A stretch of 64,000 bases of DNA from Pocillopora damicornis. Its lineage: Eukaryota. The notes under the pieces were generated by a model. The model had not been told where the DNA came from, did not search any database, and was given only the letters and a program-made list of their open reading frames with translations. Positions 1 to 11,000 of this stretch are shown in pieces; the first letter of the stretch is position 1; each line of letters opens with the position of its first letter. The stretch is taken from positions 124,001 through 188,000 of the forward strand of contig NW_020847607.1 in assembly GCF_003704095.1 (NCBI RefSeq), given 5' to 3'. The translations under genes and the position numbers were made by a program.

Positions 1-203
1 GACTGGCAACATTCCGCCATTTTTCGCCTGCCCATGCCACCTCTTTTAAATTGGTACCCCTAACTGATGACCTGACACAGGATATGTTTGTGGAGGAAAG
101 CACATAAATTTTAAAAGAACGAGAGGGATGTTTCTCTGAAACCCAGTGGAAACAGTAAAAGTTACGAGTATGAGAAAAGTAAATAACTGTTTTTCGGTCT
201 TAC

Positions 204-3200
204 TTCTTTTCCACGTCTTCCCGGCCGACCAACTGGTCCTATCAAACCAACTTGGCCCTACGAAAAAAGATAATTGACATCAGTTTTTCGGAGTCGTCTT
301 TTCATCAACCTTTCTCTTCCTCATAACTTCTTACCTTAGATCCTCTGACTCCTATGCGGCCTCGATTCCCTGGGATACCTGGGGGACCCTGAGAAATACA
401 GAGACACGCGATTCACATCGAATAAAAATGCACTTCAGTGAAATGCAGAAAAATTCAAGATATTAATCCACGTTTTTTGAAAGATTCAAGGCTAATTCGC
501 GCACCCACCATTTAATTACATAACTTCCGTGAAGATATGTAAGACATTCGTCATATACCAGCCTGTTCTGCAGGCAGGTATATGACGAATTCTGAAGGCC
601 AGCATAAAGTAAAAACAACTTACTCGAGGTCCCCGCGGACCAGGCATTCCAGGACGACCTGGGGGTCCCTGTATCAAGAGAAAGAAAGAAAGGTAAATTA
701 TTAAATCATCAACATCATTTCATTTTCGAGTAAGTGACGCAACGGAATAAAACTAAGACCACAAAAATGAACCGAAAGTCAATGTTCATGGTCATAACCC
801 GGCAGCGATTCACTTCGATTCAGATCAAAGCGTCCCGTCCATTCCAATTTTGCCACGATCAAAAGGCATTCTAATGGCTATATTAAATCACATTGCGGTA
901 CCTGTCTAGCTTGTTGTTGTTGTCTAGGAAGGATCACCGGCGGCACAGCGGGACCTTTCTCATTCTAAGAAAAGAAAAAACAGTTTGTCTTGAATCCACC
1001 ATTTATACAGAGAACAAAATTTGTTCATAAGATCAAGTGGCCAATGTGGGTCTGTGTTTATTCTCGCTTTCTGCAGCACTAAGTTACTTCTCTGATCGCC
1101 ATACATTTTCTGAGGCGCTGACGAGGAGAATTTGTTTAACGATCAATAGCTCCTTAAGATGGTGATCATTTTCTTTATTTTCACGACCTTAATGTTTGAT
1201 TCAGGGGTGATATTGTAAGGAGAAATTAGATGCTAATCACTCTTCGGGATCAAAGGGTTAAGGCGATACTCTGATTGCTTTTATATTTTTCTAGGATATA
1301 ATTTGCTTGTTTAGGTACAATTACGCTTGAAACTTTTAGCCATGTAGTTCGTGTACAAAAAACCATCCCCTGTTTACAGTTAGCAAAATCTTCAAAATGA
1401 TTTACTCATTGAAATCACGCACAACACGATTATACCACACAGCACACCAAACAAACCTTACATTTGCAGGTCCTTTCTCCCCCTGGGGCCTCAGCGAACC
1501 TATGTTTCCCCCTCCTCCTCCACCCGGTGGTCCCGGTGGTCCCGGAGGTCCGGGAGGCCCTGATTCTCCGGCTTCTCCCTAGAAACGGGCAAAGCAACAG
1601 GAAGTGAAAAGACGGGATAGCGCGAAATTATATTTATTTTCCCTTTAAAAATAACGATTAAAACAGCAATAAGTTTCTCAATGAGAATCACCGGCTCTCC
1701 GGGGTCCCCTGGATCGCCTCTTGGTCCGGTTGGTCCCTCTGGACCCTAAAGAAATTGAAAGATGTTAATATGTAACTTCTTCTATATGTGGAATGCACTC
1801 AGTCGTAAAGTGCTTCTAAGAAATAATGCAAGACAGTTATGCTCACAGGGGAACCAGCGGGTCCGGGATCACCAGGTGGTCCAATGATCTTCAAAAACAA
1901 AGAATTTGCAAAGAATTAGGCGGCAAATAAAATATTACTGCTTATTTAAAGGAGGAAGAAAGGCAAAACAAGAAAAAACGAACCAATTTTCAACCTGTTT
2001 ATTTTAACTATTATACACTTTTTTTTTGACATGGAAGGCAGCACCCTTATCACAGAGTTACACCTTTGACACTATGTGATACTGGATTTATCGACTTCTT
2101 GATTTCCTGGCAGCAATTTGCCAGGGAATCGAGAGACCTTTCAGAGCGGCATACATGTGCAAACATGTACACTTTTAAAAGTATAGCTAAAATATTTCGG
2201 TCAATTCAAAGCCAAAAAAACATTTATATACCACTGTAACAGAATTAAGCACTCACCTGTGAACAATCGTGAAGAGCATTACAGAGGCGTTAGCGTTACT
2301 TATCGTTTTGAAACGTAACATTGACACTCTGTCTGTCACGAATTCCCAGCGAAAGATTAAAGATGAAAATCAGCAGACATTGATTCGACAGAAGAAATAC
2401 ACACTGTGTACTTACCGTTGACATTTTCTCAGCTGAAAGAGGAAAACCAGAAGGAGAGAAAATTAAAAGTCTATGTTAAAGAAAATTGATTATTCTCCTT
2501 TAAACATCGAAAGTGGACCTGAACAGACCGCAAAGTAACTGATGCGGAATGACAGCCTTACAAAAACGATGATGTACACTTCCCTTTATTGTCTACCGCT
2601 GAGAAAAAAATTTACACAGCAACTAGAGCACTCAACCTCCGTCAAGTAAGCGTGTTGTAAGAGCAAAACCATCGTAAGCAAAGCTGCCAGTCAGCAAAAA
2701 CATAATACCTATTATGAACCAATGAGAAAAGGAACAAACGAATTGCTTGAAGCGCGGGAAAACGCTTGTAACCATGTCGCGAACGGACTCAGTGTTGCAT
2801 CTGATCGGTAAAAAAAACGGAGCGAGTTTCAACGCAACTGATAGATCATGGCGAAACAAAGGGAATGCCAAGAAGGATTGTTTTTAGTGGTAAACGAAAA
2901 ATTATTCTAAACATTTGGAATATTTCTATCCTACCTCCTTCACAGACTGTGTCCGTAATTGCCCGCAAGCTGGGTCGTAAGCCGCCAGAGGTGGTCGCCA
3001 AAAACACGTTGTTTTCAGCTGGTGGCGACACCATTTGAACAAGAGTGTCCAAATCCGGGTCTTCACCGATCGCTATCACAAACAAGTCAGCAGGCATGGC
3101 TCTGATATCGATAGCGGCATCGACAGCCGCCACGGGGTCCGACAGATTTCCCGCAGTTATAAGAACGACTGTCTAAGGAGAGATATCATTTTAGTATTAA

Positions 3201-6200
3201 CCCTTCACTATCCAACAAAAATTATCAGATACTAACGACACATAGTTCCTGGCTGGTATGGCACGGCGTGTCGTTTTGTCGTCTCGTGTCGCTAGGAGAC
3301 TCACGAGACACCTTGTAGGATTTTTAGGCAAACATGTTGGGTATTGCAGTCACTTTCCCGTTATTATAGCAGTCAAGATGTTAACAGTTATAATAACTGT
3401 GGGATTTAGCGGTGGACATTCCACGAGGTGACACTTCTTCTCCACAGTTTCCAAGTGGAATTGGATTTTGGAATGTTGGTTTTGGTGGAGGAAGGAAAAC
3501 CGTTGAAACCGAAAAAAAGACCCACAGCGCTGGGACGAGAACCAAAAACAAACTCAACCCACATCTGACACCAGGTCCTCTCGCCGCTGCAGCGAGAAGT
3601 AAGGGCTCTAACGACTGCGACATCCTCGCCACCAACCTATTACAGGTATTACAAAATTGGGCACTATTGTCGAAAATCGGATACTAGAGTCTAAAATCGG
3701 AAACTAGTGTCCAACATCGCACACTATTGTCTGAAATCTAAAGTCAAACTCTGGTGTCCAAAATCAAACTCTAGAGTCCAAAATTTATAACTGAAATCGG
3801 ACACTAGTGTCTGAAATCTGACACTGGTGTCTAACATCGGACACTTGCGTCAGATACTAGTTTCCAAAATCGAACACTTAAGTCCAAAATCAGACTCTAG
3901 TCTCTACAATCGGACACTACAGTCATGTCTAAAATCGGTCACTTGTGTCCAAAATCGGACACTAGTGGCGATGGAGGAATCTAAAGTTACCTAACTGACC
4001 ACTTTTTTTCTCTTTGTCTCAACCACTTGTCTAATTGTAGACAAGGGACTTATTTGTTTCTCTGCCGTTTGTTCATAATAATTTTAAGGGAGTCATACTC
4101 ATGGCATGAGTTAGGCACCAAGAAGTATGTTAAATAAGGGTCACATCCCCTCCACCTCCCCCTCAGGACACAAACACCAGAGCATATCACCTTATTGGTT
4201 CCATTCCGTGCCCCATTTCCGTCACCATAAACTGTCTTGAACACCTCTGTCAATGCAGTGTTTGTTATCACAGCATTCCCACTCTCCAAGGCAATCTTGT
4301 CGATTTCATCCGTGATTGTTCGTTTATTGAGCACAGAGCCACTGTAGGAATCAAGCCGAGTATGAACAACTGGCGTGGTTCCATAGCTAACAATCGCCAC
4401 ATGCGTCCCTCCCTCGCGGATATCAAAAGCATTGATGAACTGCTTGCTGAAGTCTTTTACTTGCTCAAACTGTTCTTCGCCAATTCGAGCTGAATTTTCT
4501 ATCGCTATCGTCAGATCAAATTGTTTGCTGCAAACTGGCATGAACAAATTAAACAAATATGGACAATAATAAGTAATTACAATAATATCACAATAAGTTA
4601 TTACAATAATATTACAATAAGTTATTACAATAATAAGCTGCTCTTAATCAAATTAAAATATGGAAGAAAAGGTTTAAGATTTCAGCTAAAACTACGCAGA
4701 AACAAAGCTCGCGAATCACTTGCAAAAATTACTCAACCATTATGTGTTCCGTCAAAAAACCTAGTTCGATTAAATAACAACATTTCCACTTGTCTGTTAA
4801 GTATTTACACCGTTTGTCACCTTTTCCGCACTGAATTAACACTTTTCCGTGCTATACTGCCTTTCCTCTGCATGGCTTTTAGTGAAACCCGCATTTCTTA
4901 CAGCAAATCGGAATTAATCGGAATTTTGCCAGGTTTATTATTAAAGAAAGTAAAGGCCTTTAGTTCGATCTCTCGTGAGGGATTCAGACTCATCCTTTCT
5001 CCCATTTTTGTGATAACTGAATAACCTTTTTCTTCATTAAAATCAATACTTACCATTCTGTGGCTCGAGGCAAACTTGAAAGCAGCCGGTTTGCGGATCC
5101 AAACAGCACTTCGTCTCCCCAGGACAGTCCCAATCATAATTTTCCGAGAATCCACTTCCGTTTGCCGACAAGCCACAGACTATGGTCTCTTCCGGGTCTG
5201 GCTGCTCCACTTGGCACGCAAGTGGGTCTGGGGTCGCGTCAACTGCTGGACATTTTCCAGGCTTCTCTGAGAGGAAATGTCAAATAGCAGATAAACAGAC
5301 AAATCTCTGGCCACATGAAGAGTTCCGTGAAGGCATTGATGCAAAATTACTGAATAAAGACTCGCAGGGGAAATTTAATACCTACACTAACCTGTACACA
5401 TTTTTCGCGACAAATCTTCTAACACTATGGCACCCAATTGACTCGGCTCCGCGGCTCTGTAGATGAAACGACTGTCGCCTGCTAGCTTTTGAATAAAAGC
5501 CCCTGGGACGCCCCTATTTGTTCCTATGGCAACAAAGGTCACGCCCAAATCACGTAGTTTTTTTCCAGCACCCTCCAGAACTTTGAACTCCGCAGTTGGG
5601 CCACCGGAGCTTACGAAGACAAGGTATCGTGGATGTCCATGTCTAATTCCTCCTGCCAAGCTGAAAATCTCCTCTTTGGTCGTGTTCAGAGCAGCGTCCA
5701 CTCTGCGTTCAGAGTCATTGCGTTTAGCTATATTATTTATGAGGTTTTCCAGATAAATTTGGTCCCAAAATCTGCGAAAATCTGTAATTACATTTGCAGT
5801 GTTGCCATATTCAAGTAAGGAAAACCGAACCTCCGAACTTGCAAGTTGGTTGATGAATTGCTTCAGAAATCGTTTCACGTTGTTGAATTCGCTGCTGGTT
5901 GTGGCGTCGGAATTGTCCACCGCAATGGCAACATCCATTGGAACAAAGCAATCTGTTGGAATTAAAAGTACCATTTATGAAACACACAATTAATTCTGAA
6001 GCCTAGACCCCACAATAATATTTAAATTAATTCATTCCAATGGTCACCTGGGTCTACGAGTGTAAGTCAAAAGAAAGTGGGTCGAGTACATCAAATAGAG
6101 GCTCCTTGTAAAATTGTCGCAAAAAAAAACCCAGGAGTACAAAAGGCTATCTGCGAACTGTCAGGGAAATCTTACAAAACGCTGGGAAGTGACCCTCCGA

Positions 6201-8017
6201 TGAAGTAAGATATAGCGTGTTCCAGACGTTCAATGAGTAAAACGGAGTGAAATAGCGAACAGCCCAACAATATCAGCTGAGAGAAAAAAGAGAGATGTTT
6301 GGTTCGAGTTGCGAAGTTTATTATGCAATCCAACCCAGACCTCCCTCGGCTCTTCACTCCTACTCACATTGTTGACCATCGCGCTTCGTTTTAGAGACTG
6401 AACGCCTGGAACAGGCTAAGTAATATCCCATCTAGAGAGAAGTAACACTAATCCCAGTCGCTTCATCCCATAGAAGCTTTGATTAGCTCCCGGAGGATAC
6501 ACAACTAAGTAGATATGCTTATGATATCTGAAATTTTGTTTACGTTAAATCCATACTTCTGATTTGCCCCAGACATTGCCGTCCACCACAGCTGTTCGGG
6601 CAACACAGTGGGGACCCCCCACCCGAGTTACAATCTGCATCGACTTCACATTCTTCCTTGAGAGTTCTTGGACAGCCCAGTGAAGGCAGTAGAGGGGGTA
6701 GAGGACATTTGCCAACTTTGCCTGCAAAATACAAAACCATCAAGAGCATTGAAGACCCCCCTTTGTCACGACTTCCTTCCTAACCAAATTTACCTTGCTT
6801 GATGACGGTGCAAGGCTAAGGTTGAGAAAGCTGTCGCGTTGTGAATACAATGTTATAGAAATAACCCTAATTCCCAAGATCTAATTGTCAATTCTCCCTT
6901 CTAACTGCTACACATTTTCTTGTAAATCAGTAACGAGAACTTGTTTTCAAAGTTTAAATTAGTAACGAGAACTTGTTTTCAAAGTTTAAATTAGTAACGA
7001 GAACTTGTTTTCAAAGTTTCAATTAGTAACGAGAACTTGTTTTCAAAGTTTCAATTAGTAACGAGAACTTGTTTTCAAAGTTTCAATTAGTAACGAGAAC
7101 TTGTTTTCAAAGTTTAAATTAGTAACGAGAACTTGTTTTCAAAGTTTCAATTAGTAACGAGAACTTGTTTTCAAAGTTTCAATTAGTAACGAGAACTTGT
7201 TTTCAAAGTTTCAATTAGTAACGAGAACTTGTTTTCAAAGTTTAAATTAGTAACGAAAACCTGTTTTCAAAGATAATGTATGGATGTCATAGAGAGAGGT
7301 TACATGTTCATCACTTCTGAGAGTTAATGGTTAATGTCAATTTGTATAAAATGTTGCCAGCTTAATCTCTGAGTTCGTCACTTGCAATCACTGTTAAAAT
7401 CCTTTCACTTTTAAGATCTCATCAGTAATTCTCCTTACTGTCTACCAGGCGATTCTCACCGTATCTATTTTTTTCATCTACCTAAGTTTGCGGATCGCGT
7501 GAAAGTGCATGAACTAACAGTCAAAAGATTAATTTATAAAGTTCCACCTCCTTTAGTATAGGCCGCTCGAGTCACAAGTAAACAGAAAGACCGTAAACGG
7601 TGGTTTATTTCATCTTAAATACTCAGTTTTTCTGCGAGGTTCAACAAGAACTTTTAAACAATTCAGTTTTAAAGCTTTGAAGTTTGAATTGTAAGCGAAC
7701 TGACATATTAGACGAAGGCGAACCGACCCTAGACGTAGGCGAACAGACGGTAGGCGAAACGACCCGTAAGCGAAACGACCGGTACCGCGTCAGATGTGTG
7801 CCCGACATTGTATTGTTATTATGAGGAGAAATTCTGTCTTACTCACTCTTTCAAGGACTCATCTGGTCCATTGTTAACCATCCTTGTTCCCTCAAGGAGT
7901 TTATCTTGTCTCTCTGGTGTTTCTCTACCTCAACAAACGATTCTTTCACGATTTCACTCTATTCAAAGACGATTCGTTTTTCGTTTGCTTTCTTGCTTGT
8001 TTGTTTGTCTGATTGTT

Positions 8018-8056
<39 letters not shown>

Positions 8057-11000
8057 CTTTCTACCTGTCTTTCTATCTATCTGTGTATCTTGTTTGATTC
8101 TTTGGTTTACTCCGACAAGATTTTCTAAAAGCTGAAATCTTTAGTCTAGCGACGAGTATATGACAAAGTGAGCGTGGAATAAACTTGGTCCTATTTTTTT
8201 CATTTATTGCCTAAAAACAACCCAGTACCAAGTCACGAGGAGGAAAAAAAGTAATCATAGAATGAAGTAAATTCCTTAACCTTTGCAAAGCACATCAGCA
8301 ACAGCCCTGCTTTTCCCGATCAGTTCCTTGTGATCTGAAACGCCATAGAAGAACTTTGAAGAGGGCTGAGTTGACGCAAGCGCATAAAGGTTTTGGTCAA
8401 TGTTTTGCCCGACTCCAACAGTAAGCAACCTTACTCCAAGGCTCTTAAGCCTCGCTGCGCCTTGTAGTACCTCCTGTTGACCACCAACTGAACCCTCTGG
8501 GACAATAAGTACAAACACCTTAGGTTTGGACTGTCTTACACCGCCATACATGGTGAAGGCACTGCCGTAGGCTTCATCCAGTGCAGAGACCACGTTGGCA
8601 CTATTCCCTTGTTGACTCAGACTAGACGTAAAGGATTCAAGGTTCTCTTTTGAATTCAGTTGGTTGATGGCCAAAGTTATCTGCGCGGAGGAACTGTACG
8701 TAATAAGACCAACATGTACTTTCAAGGGACCCACATCGAATGAATCGATCGTTTGATTCACGAAATACTTCATATTCTCAAACTGGTCCGCAGGAATAGA
8801 TCGGGAAGTTGGGATTCCAAATACTACATCAACCGGCTCAGAACAAGCTGAAAGAAAAATGCATTTTATTTTTGTTAGTTTAGCATATTTATGCCAGATC
8901 CAGCTATCTTTATAGCAAAATCATCTATGATGAAATTATATCAAATATACGAGATACTACGCGCGTGCACTTTGGTTGCTCCAAGGGGTTTCTCTACGAG
9001 TTTCTCGGGCCAACTCCTTGAAAGAATCAGTGCCTCTACTGAAATTCCCCAAAATACTTAATCTTAAATAAAAGAAAAAGCGAAATTCGGGATCGGAAAC
9101 GACCAGGCTTTCAGAGAGGCGGGACTCATGGAGCCCGTTTCACGAAAGATCCTGTCAAGTTCAATAATCGATCTCTGGTCATAGAAGTAGGAGGTGAAGA
9201 CCCTTCACCTCCTAGCTCTGCGTTATCTTTGACAGCGGTTCAATTAGGAACACAAAAGTAGAAGCGCAATGTTATAACTTACCTAGACACTCTCGCCTGG
9301 TCAGTTCTCCTACGACACTAGTCAAGATTTCTTCAAAGACTTCTGCCGAGTATAAGTTGTCTTCATCAGATGCTATGTTTAGCAGCTGGAAGGGGTTGAC
9401 GTTCTTTCCGATGCCGAGCGCAATTACATCAATTCCTTTCTCATGCAACTTCTCGGCTGCAGCAATAAGGTTTTCTTCTGATGCTATTGGACTGGGCTCA
9501 GGGGTCTGGGTACCGTCTGTGACCACCAGAGCAATCTATAAAATGATGGTAAGCTATCAAGGTCAGGGAGGAAAAGCGTGATACAGCATGCGCAATTTTT
9601 AAATGTATCAAAAACTTGTTAAGATTTCTGGTGTTGCTATACCTCGCTCCGTGATTGGCGAAGAAAACTCGCACCGCGCTCTAAACTAATCTAATCGAAA
9701 AGAATTGCGATTTGGTCAGCCATTGGTTTTGATTGAATTATTCAACCCGTGCAAGGATCTCTGCAAGGGAAAAAGCAAACGCATGAAAGAGCAGCGAGGG
9801 TCGTCAGGCAACCACTGCACTTTCGCTCGTCTCTTCTTAAGATTTGCGTGACTTGGTGATTCGCACTTTCCGCGAGACAAGACGTTTCACGCGTTTATAC
9901 CGTTGGACTTCTCGTAAAATTTCCTATTTTTCTCTCTTAAAAGTTCAAATGATATGGACATTATTCAACTTGAGGAAAGCTGTTACCAGCATATTCTTAT
10001 AACTTAAAACGATTCCTGTAAATTTCTCTAACCTGTTTGACATCTGGTCTCATGCCACCTTCTGTAGTGAAAATTTCCTGATTTGCTAACTCCAAAGCTT
10101 TATCAATGAATGTTTTTCCTTTCGATTGTAAGATTTCTTCCACCTTTCGCTTGACATTCACATCATTGAGCTGTGCATCGGCGAAATCGTTAAATCTGAG
10201 GTAAACTTTAGGGTCTGTACTGTACTCGAGCAGTGCAAAGTGGGTGCCGTCTGGAGAAACGTCGAACGCGTCCACTATGCGTTTGACAAACTCCTTAATT
10301 CGACCCCAGTTTTTTTTGGAGATACTTCCTGAGCCGTCCAAAATGAAGGCGAAGTCCACAGAAACAGGGCAAGCGGCTTGAAGGACGAAAGAGGAAAAGA
10401 TTACAACCACATAGGGGATTCTTCTGGAGCTTTTACGGCCAATTTTCACCGTTGAGTTGAGATTTCTAAGATTTCTATCTTAATCATGCAAAGAATCGCA
10501 CCCAACGAGGTGGGAGTCAAATGTTTTTTTCCTTTCCCCTTAAAGCAATGCTAGCGAGCGTGCGCGGTCGTATTCGGATTGAGCTCAGCTGTCCCACATA
10601 GGCGAGATTAAGTGTTTACTTTATTAATCAAACAGTACTAAACTGCAGTAACAGTGACAAACTCCCTTCGGAGTACGAGATAAAAGAATAAACCCAATCT
10701 ACAGATGAAAAAGGTTACATCTTACTTTGAGGTTCTGGTTCTAAGCAGAGCAGTTGACAAGCTTCATCATCAAATATGGAAGGACAGCACTTGAGGCCAG
10801 CAGAACATGCCTGGTCTGATTCACATTCATTGTCAACGTCCAGTGGGCATTCTGCACCATATTTGGTGACTTTCGGGCAGACAAACTCTGCAATGTTAAT
10901 AATGGTTCTTCGTGAAAAGAAATGCTTACAGAAAAATAGCTCATTGCAGACCTAAAACTTTTAAACGAGTCTTCTAGAGGAGCGGGGGAGGGGAGGGGGG

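Noticed and set aside
1-59. Next collagen exon of gene A
   Set aside because: The minus-strand translation after the AG is not Gly-X-Y; treated as intron.
4521-5287. Plus-strand ORFs overlapping gene A exons
   Set aside because: Antisense shadows or low-complexity intron sequence with no recognisable domain or splice support.
6929-7272. CRISPR-like 32-bp repeats
   Set aside because: Units are contiguous with no spacers, there are no cas genes, and the array lies in a eukaryotic intron.
6794-7928. Extra small exons in gene A (7928-7847 and 6815-6794)
   Set aside because: Phases do not rejoin the phase-1 WAP2 exon; VWA2 splices to WAP2 cleanly without them.
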